This document shows positions 1 through 10,625 of a DNA stretch of 56,124 nucleotides, in pieces. The notes under the pieces are model-generated. The model saw only the letters and a list, made by a program, of their open reading frames with translations. It searched no databases and had not been told where the DNA came from. Location of the stretch: the NCBI GenBank assembly GCA_012517545.1, contig JAAYUW010000022.1, positions 1 to 56,124 of the forward strand, written 5' to 3'. The DNA comes from Exilispira sp. Its GTDB lineage: Bacteria; Spirochaetota; JAAYUW01. The position numbers were made by a program, and so were the translations under genes. Position 1 is the stretch's first letter. Each line of letters starts with the position of its first letter.

Positions 1-741
1 CATTTAAATAGTGATAAGGTTTATAAATATATACCTAAAGATCAAAAAGAGAATGAAAAGGCAAGACAACCTGCAAATAATACTATTGCGAAACCAAATA
101 ATACTGAAACTTCCAGGGAGGAGCTTAACTCTAAAAACAGAACATTCAGTAATGTGAAAAATAATCCTGATTTAAATAAAAATCATCCTGATGATAAAAA
201 CAATAATTATAAAAATGATAAAAACCCTGACTTTAGTGCAAATAATGATAGAAAATACAATTTGAATTCTTCTTCAAACAATAATAATCACTTTGATTAT
301 AATGTGGAAGACAAAAACCAGGATTACGAAAATCACTTTTATTATAAACATAATAAGCATACAATTGATGAAAAAAGGTTAAATCAAAAAAAAAGGTTTA
401 CACATTATACACCAGCATCTAACAATAAATATTTCAACAATAAATCGCAAAAAACAAATATTTTTTGTTCAAGATGTAATAAGGAACTTTATGACCTTCT
501 AAATAGTTTCTACAATGAAGAAAAAAATGAATATTACTGTTTTGATTGTGCTTTAGCTGAAGTTAAGGAAAAATTACAACCTGATCCGAAAAACAGGATA
601 ATATATCTCGGAGCTGGCACTTTTGGAGAAGTAAAAGAAATTAAAAGTGAAAAAAAATTTATGATTCTTAAAAGAATTCGATATTTAAAACCAAAATTTG
701 AAAAGTTTGCTGTTAATTATTTACCAAACGAAGATGAATGA
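1..741 (+). CDS. 5'-partial hypothetical protein, Asn/Lys-rich, with C-terminal CxxC...CxxC zinc-ribbon-like segment
   Basis: Frame 1 is open from base 1 to the TGA at 739-741, with no ATG before the GTG at 154, so the CDS probably begins upstream of the window. The N-part is low complexity (N/K/D-rich). The C-part has CSRC...CFDC cysteine pairs. No family recognised. Confidence 0.5.
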   Translation, partial: HLNSDKVYKYIPKDQKENEKARQPANNTIAKPNNTETSREELNSKNRTFSNVKNNPDLNKNHPDDKNNNYKNDKNPDFSANNDRKYNLNSSSNNNNHFDYNVEDKNQDYENHFYYKHNKHTIDEKRLNQKKRFTHYTPASNNKYFNNKSQKTNIFCSRCNKELYDLLNSFYNEEKNEYYCFDCALAEVKEKLQPDPKNRIIYLGAGTFGEVKEIKSEKKFMILKRIRYLKPKFEKFAVNYLPNEDE

Positions 742-810
742 TTACAGATCATAATATTAATTAAATATAGATTTAAGAATAATTTGAATCTATAAAAAAA
801 AATATTTTAA

Positions 811-1962
<1,152 letters not shown>

Positions 1963-2132
1963 TCATTATTTTCTATTTTTTTCATGGATAGAACAATCAT
2001 ATTTATTAGCATGTTTAAAAAGGAATTCAAGAAGATTAGAGTGGATAATTAAATAAATACAATGAATAATAAAACGACATGAATAAAATAATGCATAAAG
2101 AAATGCAAAATACTATTTAATGAGGACAAAAT

Positions 2133-3317
2133 ATGGATAAATCAATTGATCAAAATCAAACTTCAAAAAGAATATTGAAGATTAATGATAAGGAAATAAT
2201 TCTTATAGGAACAGCTCATGTGTCTGATCGAAGTGTTAAAGATGTAAGAGAAGCAATAGAAGAATATAAACCTGACTCAATAGCAGTAGAGTTATGTCAA
2301 TCAAGATTTGATTCTTTAAAAGATAAGAATAGATGGGAAAACCTTGATATCATTAAAGTCATAAAACAAGGGCAGGGGTTTTTATTATTTACATCCATGA
2401 TTTTATCTTCTTTTCAGAAACGAATTGGTCTTGACCTTGGGACCAACCCTGGTGAAGAGATGATAACAGCTATACAAATGGCTGAAGAAAAAAATCTTCC
2501 AATAATACTTGCAGATAGGGATATAAACACTACTTTAAAAAGAGCATGGGCTCTTTCAAAATTTAAGGATAAGATAAAAATTATAGATTTAATAATTGAA
2601 AGCATTTTTACCAGGGAAAAAGTAACAGAAGAAGAGGTCAAAGATCTGCTGGAAAACAATGATTTGCTTTCTTCCATGATGGATGAATTTTCTCAACAGC
2701 TACCATCTGTGAAAAAAGTATTAATAGATGAAAGAGATACATTTATTGCTGAAAAAATAAAGAACGCAAATGGTAAAAAAATACTTGCAGTAGTTGGTAA
2801 AGGGCACCTTGATGGAATAGTAAAAAAGATAGAATCCAATTATGATTATGATCCTTCAATAGAGACTGTTCCAGCAAAAAAAGGAAAGACCTCGCTAATT
2901 GGTTGGCTTTTGACAATATTAATCTTAGGAATATTTGCAGCTGGCTTTTTTACAAAGGGTCCCAAAGTGGGTATAGAAATGTTGAAATACTGGGTATTAA
3001 TAAGTGGATTTTGCTGTTCAGTCTCTGCTCTTTTAGTGATGGCTCATCCACTAACTATTTTATCAGCCTGGCTTATCGCTCCAATAACAACGCTAAATCC
3101 TGTAATTGGAGCTGGTATGTTTTTATCAATAATTGAAGCAGTTTTACGTAAGCCAAAAGTTGCTGATTTTGAAAATATTTCAGAAGATGTAACAAAATTT
3201 AAGGGTTTTTTCAAAAATCGGATATTAAGAATACTTGTCATCTTTATAGTTACATCAATAGGAGCTTCTATAGGAACTTTTATAGGAATTCCATGGATAA
3301 CATCACTTTTAAAATAG
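2133..3317 (+). CDS. TraB/PrgY/GumN family protein with C-terminal transmembrane region
   Basis: Has LIGTAHVS near the N-terminus and VVGKGHLDG, both typical of the TraB family. Several hydrophobic helices in the last ~130 aa. GAGGA RBS before the ATG. Confidence 0.8.
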   Translation: MDKSIDQNQTSKRILKINDKEIILIGTAHVSDRSVKDVREAIEEYKPDSIAVELCQSRFDSLKDKNRWENLDIIKVIKQGQGFLLFTSMILSSFQKRIGLDLGTNPGEEMITAIQMAEEKNLPIILADRDINTTLKRAWALSKFKDKIKIIDLIIESIFTREKVTEEEVKDLLENNDLLSSMMDEFSQQLPSVKKVLIDERDTFIAEKIKNANGKKILAVVGKGHLDGIVKKIESNYDYDPSIETVPAKKGKTSLIGWLLTILILGIFAAGFFTKGPKVGIEMLKYWVLISGFCCSVSALLVMAHPLTILSAWLIAPITTLNPVIGAGMFLSIIEAVLRKPKVADFENISEDVTKFKGFFKNRILRILVIFIVTSIGASIGTFIGIPWITSLLK

Positions 3318-3489
3318 CGATATAATTAAATATGGATTAAATTTCCTTTAAGTAGTCAGGTATATTAAATGGAATTATACTTTATTATAATCAAATAACC
3401 ATATAGATATGATTATTTATAACTATTATTTTACAAATAAATTGTTATACAACATTGTTTGAAAAATATTAAACATAAAAATAAAGCAT

Positions 3490-4758
3490 ATGGGCATCAA
3501 AACAAATATTATTGATCTTGCAAATTTTAAGAATCTCTCAGAAGATACTATTAAAGAAAAAATGTTAAAAGCAATAGAGCAAATAAATAAAGGCGAAGTA
3601 ATAGCCTTTCCAACTGAAACAGTCTACGGGCTTGGAGCAAATGCTTTTAATGAAACAGCTGTTGAAAAAATATTTAAAATTAAAGGCAGACCAGCTGATA
3701 ATCCACTAATAGTGCATGTTTGTTCCATCAAACAAGCTGAATCTATTATAGATTTTAATGATTTCATATATAAAAACAATAATAACAAAAATACTGAAAC
3801 AATAAGAGATGAAAATCAAAATAAAAAAGATAATATTAACTTTCAATTTTTAAGCAAAAAAGTGCTTTTAGATAGATTTCAAAAAGCTCAATCTCTATGG
3901 CCTGGACCTATTTCATTTATATTTCCTGCAAAAAAAGATAAGATACCTTCAATAGTCAGAGGTGGTTTATCAACGATTGCAATAAGGTTACCAGACCATT
4001 TATTGGCTCAAGTATTGATAAAAAACTCTTTTCCTCTTGCTGCACCTTCAGCAAATATTTCTGGCAAACCTTCCTGCACAAATTCTATAGATGTTATTAA
4101 CGATTTTAACGGTAAAATCTCATATGTTATCGATGGTGGACATAGTGTATATGGTATAGAATCAACCGTAGTAGATTGCACTTCTATAATACCAACCATC
4201 CTGCGACCTGGATTTATAACTCAAGAAGATCTATATCCTATATTTTCAGATATTGAATATAGTGATGCTTTAAATTACAACATAATTGAAAAAGATGGTT
4301 CTTTAAAAAGTTCACCAAAATCACCTGGGATGAAATATACTCACTACAAACCAGAAGCAAAAGTTGTACTTCTTGGAAAAAACGAAGATAAATATTTCCT
4401 GTCAAATATAGCAAAATCAAGCAGCAAAAAGATTTATATGATGAAGCCTCTGGATTTTTCTTTTGATATAAATAATAACGAACCTTTTAAAAATTTAAAA
4501 AACAAGAAAATTCTTATATTAAAGCATTCAGATCTCTTTGATCCATTATTTGAAATCATAGAAAGATTCTCATCAGATACAAAAATTATAAATTTTTTAG
4601 ATTCTTATAGCTTTGCACAAAAATTTTATGCCTTATTCAGACAGGCTGATAGAGAAAATAGAGAATATATCTTTATTGAACCTTATGGATTTTCAGGATT
4701 TGAACTTGCAATAATGAATAGACTTCAAAAGGCAATGGATGAGATATGGACTTTTTAA
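3490..4758 (+). CDS. tsaC: L-threonylcarbamoyladenylate synthase, long Sua5/YwlC type (YrdC domain + Sua5 domain)
   Basis: Motifs FPTETVYGLGANAF, KGRPADNPLIVH, SANISGKPS and SPGMKYTHYKP. Contains an Asn/Lys-rich insertion (KNNNNKNTETIRDENQNKKDN) inside the YrdC domain and is longer than usual (422 aa). Confidence 0.85.
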   Translation: MGIKTNIIDLANFKNLSEDTIKEKMLKAIEQINKGEVIAFPTETVYGLGANAFNETAVEKIFKIKGRPADNPLIVHVCSIKQAESIIDFNDFIYKNNNNKNTETIRDENQNKKDNINFQFLSKKVLLDRFQKAQSLWPGPISFIFPAKKDKIPSIVRGGLSTIAIRLPDHLLAQVLIKNSFPLAAPSANISGKPSCTNSIDVINDFNGKISYVIDGGHSVYGIESTVVDCTSIIPTILRPGFITQEDLYPIFSDIEYSDALNYNIIEKDGSLKSSPKSPGMKYTHYKPEAKVVLLGKNEDKYFLSNIAKSSSKKIYMMKPLDFSFDINNNEPFKNLKNKKILILKHSDLFDPLFEIIERFSSDTKIINFLDSYSFAQKFYALFRQADRENREYIFIEPYGFSGFELAIMNRLQKAMDEIWTF

Positions 4759-5348
4759 CCATAGAAAATGAAGTTGAATCAGAGTATAGAATCCAGCGAT
4801 CAAGATTTATTGGTTTTTTATTTCCAATAAAAAATCAGGATGATTTTTATAATAAATATTGTAATATAAAAAAAATATACTTCGATTCGACTCATATTGC
4901 TTTTGCTTATAGGTTAATTGATAAAGGAAATAATATAGTAGAACATTACAGTGATGATGGAGAACCTGCTAAAACTGCTGGATATCCTTTATTATATATT
5001 TTAAAACAAAAGAAACTAATTCAAGCAGGAACTCTAGTTGTAAGATATTTTGGTGGAATTAAACTTGGAACCGGAGGTCTTTCTAAAGCTTATTCTACAA
5101 CTTTAATAAATGCTTTAAATTCAGTAGAACTTATGATTTTCCAGAAAAGAATCGATATAAAAGCTATAACAGTCAATGATAAACAGTACAAGCTTGTTGA
5201 GATCTGTAAAAAATTAAATGCCAATAACTTAAGGATCGAATATTTAGAAGATCGAACTATAATTTACTTTACAATTGCTGAATCAAATCTTGAAATTCTT
5301 AAAAATAAGCTAAATTTTGATAGGGATATTGAAATCAATATAATTTGA
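4746..5348 (+). CDS. yigZ: YigZ/IMPACT family protein (UPF0029)
   Basis: Motifs YSDDGEPAKTAGYPLL and VVRYFGGIKLGTGGL. The start overlaps the sua5 stop by 13 nt. Confidence 0.8.
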   Translation: MDFLTIENEVESEYRIQRSRFIGFLFPIKNQDDFYNKYCNIKKIYFDSTHIAFAYRLIDKGNNIVEHYSDDGEPAKTAGYPLLYILKQKKLIQAGTLVVRYFGGIKLGTGGLSKAYSTTLINALNSVELMIFQKRIDIKAITVNDKQYKLVEICKKLNANNLRIEYLEDRTIIYFTIAESNLEILKNKLNFDRDIEINII

Positions 5349-5454
5349 AAAAACTAAATAAATATCAAAAGAAAATGAAAAAATATATTCAACTATAATA
5401 TCAAAAGAAGAAAAAAACTATGCGTTAATAGTTTTTGAAAATTGGGAGAAAAAA

Positions 5455-6606
5455 ATGTCAGATAATTTTAGTAAAAACAAAATCTCTTTCGAGGGAGAAA
5501 GAAAAACTGCTGCAATAATAGACTTAAATGCTATTAGAAAAAATATAACGGGTATCAAAAATAAAGTTGGTGAAAATGTTTTGATATGCCCTGCTGTTAA
5601 AGCAAATGCATATGGGCATGGAGCAGTAGAGATCTCTAAAATGTTTGAAAAGGAAAAATTAGCAAATTATCTGGGTGTTGCAACCGTAGAAGAAGGAGTT
5701 GAACTTCGTAATGCAGGAATAAAACTGCCAATACTTCTATTTGGTGTAACATTTAAAGATCAGCTGAATCTATCTATCAAAAATGATCTGACTCTTGCCG
5801 TAGTTAATATGCAAACTTTAATGGAAACTGTTGAAATTGCAAAAAAAATGAATAAAAGAGCTACGATTCATCTCAAGGTAGATACTGGAATGGGGAGAAT
5901 CGGTTGCAAGCCATCTGAAGCCTTAAATATAGTTAAAAATGCATACAACTATAAAGACTTTGTGTATCTTGAAGGTCTCTTTACACATTTTCCAAAATCG
6001 GACGAAAAAGATAAAACATTTTCATACAAACAAATAGAGATTTTCAAAAGTTTGAAACAACAAATCGAAAAAGAAAATATTCATATACCAATCTATCATA
6101 TGGCTAACTCTGGTGCAATTCTGGATCTAAAAGAAAGTTATTTTGATATGGTAAGACCTGGGGTTATGGCATATGGGTATTATCCGTCTGATGAAACAAC
6201 TGAATCTATTAAATTATATCCTTCAATGCAAGTTAGAACAGAGATTGCATTTATAAAAAAAGTGGAAAGTGGAACTCCAATTTCTTATGGCGGAATATAT
6301 GTGGCACAAACAGATAGATATATAGCATCTTTGCCAATAGGTTATGCTGATGGCATTAATAGACTTCTTTCAAATAAACATAATGTTTTGATAAATGGTA
6401 AACAATATAAAATCGCAGGTAGAATATGTATGGACCAGATTATGGTAGATCTCTGTGATGATTTTTATGATGTAGGAACACAGGTAATTATTTTTGGCTA
6501 TGATACAATTACAGCATCAGATGTAGCTCGTGAAGTTGAAACCATACCATATGAGGTAACTTGCTGGATAAGTAAGAGAGTAAAAAGATACTATATCAAC
6601 AATTAA
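5455..6606 (+). CDS. alr: alanine racemase
   Basis: PLP-lysine motif AVKANAYGHG, plus DTGMGRIG, PISYGG and MDQIMVD. Length 383 aa. GGGAG RBS. Confidence 0.9.
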   Translation: MSDNFSKNKISFEGERKTAAIIDLNAIRKNITGIKNKVGENVLICPAVKANAYGHGAVEISKMFEKEKLANYLGVATVEEGVELRNAGIKLPILLFGVTFKDQLNLSIKNDLTLAVVNMQTLMETVEIAKKMNKRATIHLKVDTGMGRIGCKPSEALNIVKNAYNYKDFVYLEGLFTHFPKSDEKDKTFSYKQIEIFKSLKQQIEKENIHIPIYHMANSGAILDLKESYFDMVRPGVMAYGYYPSDETTESIKLYPSMQVRTEIAFIKKVESGTPISYGGIYVAQTDRYIASLPIGYADGINRLLSNKHNVLINGKQYKIAGRICMDQIMVDLCDDFYDVGTQVIIFGYDTITASDVAREVETIPYEVTCWISKRVKRYYINN

Positions 6607-7122
6607 AAATAAATTTGGATATTTATCTTTTTAAATAGATTTTCAATCATTTCATTTTCATTGCATCTTTAATTCTTCTTTAATTTTTCCTGAATTGTTT
6701 TCTAAAATTTTATCTAAATTATTAAATTTTCAAATGGATATAGATATAGATATGTTTGAAGGTAAGTGTCTTAATTAATTTATGATAATTTATAACTCCT
6801 TTTTAATTAAGTTATATAATTTTATAACATTTAATTTATTGTAAAATATAGATGCTTTTAATAATTATAAAGTGTAATTTTTATACAATATTATAAAATA
6901 TCATAACATTTAAATTGAGTTAAATATACATTCATCATGTGGAAATTCAATTAAGAAGTATAATATATTGCAACAATCTATCATTTATTAAAACTAAAAT
7001 TATAAAACTTCATACAAATATTCAAATCTGATTAAAAGTTCTATTTAGCAGCAACATTTAGAAAAATCGTGAAGTCAGATTTTCTTATTAATATATAGAA
7101 ATGAACGATTTTAGATATTGAA

Positions 7123-7953
7123 ATGACAAATAAGGAGTTTTGTATGTCCACATATACATCAAAAAACAAAATTTCAGAGAGCAAAAATGAATTAGTTAAT
7201 GAATCAAGCAAGCAAAAAAAGCAGACTTTGTTGACTATTATTCTCATATTTTTCTTAATACTCTTGCTTTTATTTTCTGTTCTGGTAAGTAACAAATTTA
7301 CAATCACCTCAATTGATATCAAAGATTCAAATAAACAACTGGATCTATCATATCATGATTTGAATGGAAAAACAGCTACTGCACCTTCTGAAGTACCAAT
7401 AAAAACAGAAGAAAAACCTGTAGAGATAACAAAACCAATTGAAACAACTAAACCAGCTGAAACACCAGCACCTGTGAAGCAAGAAGAAAAAGCCACACAA
7501 AAAGCAACAACTGAAAAAACTCAAACTACCCAAAAACAGGCAATAACACCTTCTGAAGCAAAGGTAGGTGTAGACGGGAAAATCATCACAGCATATAATA
7601 TTCAAAAGTATCATGACATTTTGTTAAAAGAGTTTGCAAATAAAGAAATTTTGAACTATCAGATAGTATGGGGTGACACATTATGGAAAATTGCCATGAA
7701 ATTCAATACATCAGCTCATACTCTGTATGTTTTAAATGCCTTATCAAATCCTGATCTAATTATAGCTGGAAAAAATCTTAAAGTTGTTAAAAACTTTATT
7801 TTACAAAAAGAAAGAACTGAATTTTTGCTAAATCAAGCCATTAAAAACAAAACAAGCTTGAACTATGGTTTTGAAAGAATCTCCCAATTTACAATTCAAA
7901 ATTCACATTATCATTTACTTTACAAAGAAGAATATTTGACAACTTTAATTTAA
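7123..7953 (+). CDS. membrane-anchored LysM domain protein with Pro/Thr/Glu/Lys-rich linker
   Basis: One TM helix (LLTIILIFFLILLLLFSVLV) and a LysM motif YQIVWGDTLWKIAMKFNTSAHTLYVLNALSNPDLIIAGKNLKV. The more likely start is the ATG at 7144, which lies 6 nt after AAGGAG (7132-7137). Confidence 0.75.
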   Translation: MTNKEFCMSTYTSKNKISESKNELVNESSKQKKQTLLTIILIFFLILLLLFSVLVSNKFTITSIDIKDSNKQLDLSYHDLNGKTATAPSEVPIKTEEKPVEITKPIETTKPAETPAPVKQEEKATQKATTEKTQTTQKQAITPSEAKVGVDGKIITAYNIQKYHDILLKEFANKEILNYQIVWGDTLWKIAMKFNTSAHTLYVLNALSNPDLIIAGKNLKVVKNFILQKERTEFLLNQAIKNKTSLNYGFERISQFTIQNSHYHLLYKEEYLTTLI

Positions 7954-8035
7954 GTTGTAGTAGATATTTAAAAAAGCTAAAATATTGGTTTACCCAAAAA
8001 AATCAAAAACAGATTAAACGATACTTAGTTAAACT

Positions 8036-8815
8036 ATGAAAAAGAGCAAATTATTTATATCTTTTTTTATCTTATTTATCGCTTTTACTATATTTATATC
8101 AGCAACTGAATATTGGGAATATAAATTGCTTGGTGACAGATATTTTTACCTTAAAGATTATGCAAAATCTATCGAATACTACGAAAAAGCATTGCAATTA
8201 AATCCAAATTATCCAGAAGTTTACTTTAAACTTGGTCAAATTTATAAAATAAAAGGTTTATTTGACATAGCTTTATTTTATTATAATAAGTCTATAGAAC
8301 TTAAAAATTATTTTCAAATAAAAGAATCGGTTACACTTGTTTATTATGATATTTCGGAAATCTACTTTTATCAAAAAAAATACAGCAAGTTTTTGACTAC
8401 ATTAGAAACTCTTTTATCAAGTGATAGATACTATCAATATATAAACATACAGTATTTCAGAATCATAACATCTATACCGAGAGAGTATTCAATATATTCA
8501 AAAGCTTACTTTAGAATAGGGTATTATTATTTCTTTTCTGGAATGTATGAGAAATCAATAAACTATTTTTTATATTCCTATCACTTAAAATATAGAGAAA
8601 GTGTATCTTATTGGCTTTTATCAAAATGTTTTTTTTCAATAGGTGATCAATCCGAGTATAAAAAAACAGAATCAATAGCATATCAAACTTCAAAAGAATT
8701 ACAAAAATTTGATGAAAAGATAAAATGGAAAAAAATCCCACTACAAAAAGAATACCTGATAGCAATAGAAAAGTTTATAAATGAATTTCATGGCTATTAT
8801 TATCTTGCTGATTAA
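8036..8815 (+). CDS. TPR repeat protein with N-terminal signal/anchor
   Basis: N-terminal hydrophobic segment, then TPR-like units (AKSIEYYEKALQLNPNYPEVYFKLGQIY...). Confidence 0.7.
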   Translation: MKKSKLFISFFILFIAFTIFISATEYWEYKLLGDRYFYLKDYAKSIEYYEKALQLNPNYPEVYFKLGQIYKIKGLFDIALFYYNKSIELKNYFQIKESVTLVYYDISEIYFYQKKYSKFLTTLETLLSSDRYYQYINIQYFRIITSIPREYSIYSKAYFRIGYYYFFSGMYEKSINYFLYSYHLKYRESVSYWLLSKCFFSIGDQSEYKKTESIAYQTSKELQKFDEKIKWKKIPLQKEYLIAIEKFINEFHGYYYLAD

Positions 8816-8952
8816 TTTTAATAATATTTATAATCAATAACATTTATAATCATTGCTTTTCATAAAAAGCTTCCAGCATTTTTTCATTTATTTATTTAAC
8901 ATTTTGTAATGTACAAACTATACAATATTAGCGTTAAGAATATATAATTAAA

Positions 8953-9012
8953 ATATCCATTATATTCATTATATTCATTATATCTATTTAATATATCCAT
9001 CATATCCATTTA
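8953..9012. repeat. array of six ATAT(C/T)CATT-like units (three exact 9-nt tandem steps, then 11-nt steps)
   Basis: Read directly as atatccatt atattcatt atattcatt atatctattta atatatccatc atatccattta. Non-coding; about 135 bp from the dif-like site. Confidence 0.8.
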
Positions 9013-9146
9013 ATTCATAGCTATATTTAATTGTATAACTCTCCAGAAAATTATGATTTTAAATAACAAATAAAACTTTTGCATTTAAAAGGTATATTGA
9101 AAAGGTTCTAATTGTTCAAAAACGAATAAAATCTAATCTATAAATA

Positions 9147-9174
9147 ACTTCTCATAAGATACATTATGTTAACT
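9147..9174. other. dif: candidate XerC/XerD dif recombination site
   Basis: ACTTCTCATAA-GATACA-TTATGTTAACT. By hand alignment it matches B. subtilis dif (ACTTCCTAGAATATATATTATGTAAACT) at 22/28 and E. coli dif (GGTGCGCATAATGTATATTATGTTAAAT) at 20/28. The XerD arm matches 10/11 in both. It lies in the convergent gap between the + block and the - block. Confidence 0.6.
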
Positions 9175-9263
9175 ACAAAATATTTTTATATATCTATCTT
9201 TCTTTCAATTTCATATATTACAGGCAACTATGAATTCGACACTCTATCATGATATTAACATCA

Positions 9264-9335
9264 GGCAAATCTTTAAGACTGCTTTTTTTTAATAAAAAAG
9301 GCAAATCTTTAAGACTGCTTTTTTTTAATAAAAAA
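9264..9335 (-). repeat. perfect 36-bp tandem duplication (x2) containing the stop codon and terminator-like hairpin of the racemase-like gene
   Basis: Unit ggcaaatctttaagactgcttttttttaataaaaaa sits at 9264-9299 and again at 9300-9335. On the minus strand each unit reads as the hairpin gcagtcttaaagatttgc followed by a T-run. Copy 2 includes the TAA at 9325-9327. Confidence 0.9.
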
Positions 9336-10524
9336 TCATATCGACATAGGAAGAAGTAGATGCTGCCAGTAAAGCACCATAATTTAGATTAAAATCTATA
9401 AAAGAACCCACTGGATATTTATCAAAATTTCTTAAAAGCTGAAGTTCGAGATGATCTGAACTTGCTCCGAGTATTGCAATATCATCATCTATAGGTTTTA
9501 AACCTTCTACGAGCAGATCCTGTCTCCCAGCTGATACTATTATCCTGAGCATTTTTCCCTTATCTTCAAATGCAACAGTTTCACCAAAAGCATTCTGAGC
9601 TCCATGACCAATTGGTTTAGATGGTTTCCAATATTTCTCTATGACTTCAATAGATAGTTTTACAGTGTCCTGCCTTAATTCTTTAATAGGGTTTCTATTT
9701 AAGACATTAACACCAAGTATCAAGCTCTCCCCTATCCTGAAATGATTTACAGTATCTGGCATTTTGCCTTCAAAAAAAAGTGGTAAGCCAGAAGAATTTG
9801 ATCCAGAAAGATATTTTAGTTTGAGATTGAAATCAGTATTTATAGAGTCAAAGAGGTCAACCATGAGTTGCATATTTTCAGTATCAGGCACAATACCACC
9901 ATAGCATGCAAGATTTGTTCCAATACCTATAAGGTCAATATTTGAAAACTTCAAAATCTTTTCAACCAGAGGGAAAACCTGATCATACCACTTTTTTTTA
10001 TCTATAATTTTTGCATCTTCAGGAATAACCCCTTCTCTTAAATCGCCGACATCAATCATTAATATTACATTGTGTTTTTTCTTTTGCTGTTTTGCTGCAA
10101 AATCGAGAGCTTCGATTTGAGGATAATTTGAAACTAAAGAAATATCAAAAAACTCTATTATCCTATTAACCTCTGAAATCGATGGTATTCTCAAGTTTAA
10201 AAACTGGATCTCTTTAGTTAGTCTTTTTTTATTATATAAATCATTGAATATTTTAGAATTCTTAATTTTTGCCATATTTTGCCATCTTGAATCAGCTATA
10301 CCATCGCAACCATTTTCAATAAAGATCTTTGCAAGCTCAGGTGAACCGCACAGTACTTTCGTTACTCCAAAAAGAAATCCATTCTTTTGATGAATTTTAT
10401 TTGATAGAAAAGATACATTATGAGAAATCGCATCGATGTTACAAAAAAGTTTACAACTCATAAAAACCTCGTATAAAATTTTATAACTTAAATTTGAGCC
10501 TATTATTAAGCAAACTCCAGACAT
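9325..10524 (-). CDS. PLP-dependent amino-acid racemase-like protein (alanine racemase N-terminal fold; ornithine/lysine racemase-like)
   Basis: TIM-barrel alanine-racemase-like organisation with a candidate PLP lysine in FGVTKVLCG. It resembles the predicted amino-acid racemase / Orr family, not Alr. The better start is probably the ATG at 10461, 5 nt after GAGG. Confidence 0.65.
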   Translation of the reverse strand: MSGVCLIIGSNLSYKILYEVFMSCKLFCNIDAISHNVSFLSNKIHQKNGFLFGVTKVLCGSPELAKIFIENGCDGIADSRWQNMAKIKNSKIFNDLYNKKRLTKEIQFLNLRIPSISEVNRIIEFFDISLVSNYPQIEALDFAAKQQKKKHNVILMIDVGDLREGVIPEDAKIIDKKKWYDQVFPLVEKILKFSNIDLIGIGTNLACYGGIVPDTENMQLMVDLFDSINTDFNLKLKYLSGSNSSGLPLFFEGKMPDTVNHFRIGESLILGVNVLNRNPIKELRQDTVKLSIEVIEKYWKPSKPIGHGAQNAFGETVAFEDKGKMLRIIVSAGRQDLLVEGLKPIDDDIAILGASSDHLELQLLRNFDKYPVGSFIDFNLNYGALLAASTSSYVDMIFY

Positions 10525-10565
10525 TTTTTATTTCCAGAGATAGCTAAATATATTTAATTTCTAAA

Positions 10566-10615
10566 AATCTCTAAATTATAAATATATTTAAATCTCTAAA
10601 TTATAAATATATTTA
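10566..10615. repeat. perfect 25-bp tandem repeat x2 (plus a degenerate partial copy upstream) in the GlmL-like/racemase-like spacer
   Basis: aatctctaaattataaatatattta sits at 10566-10590 and 10591-10615. The preceding 10546-10565 is a partial related copy. Confidence 0.9.
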
Positions 10616-10625
10616 AATTAGATTG

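Noticed and set aside
6938-6946. DnaA-box-like TGTGGAAAT in the long AT-rich gap, considered as oriC.
   Set aside because: It is a single imperfect box (7/9) with no cluster and no dnaA/dnaN nearby. Gene orientation in the window points to a terminus and not an origin.
8953-10615. Short direct repeats checked as possible CRISPR arrays.
   Set aside because: The units are contiguous tandem copies (9, 25 and 36 bp) with no unique spacers between them, and there are no cas genes in the window.
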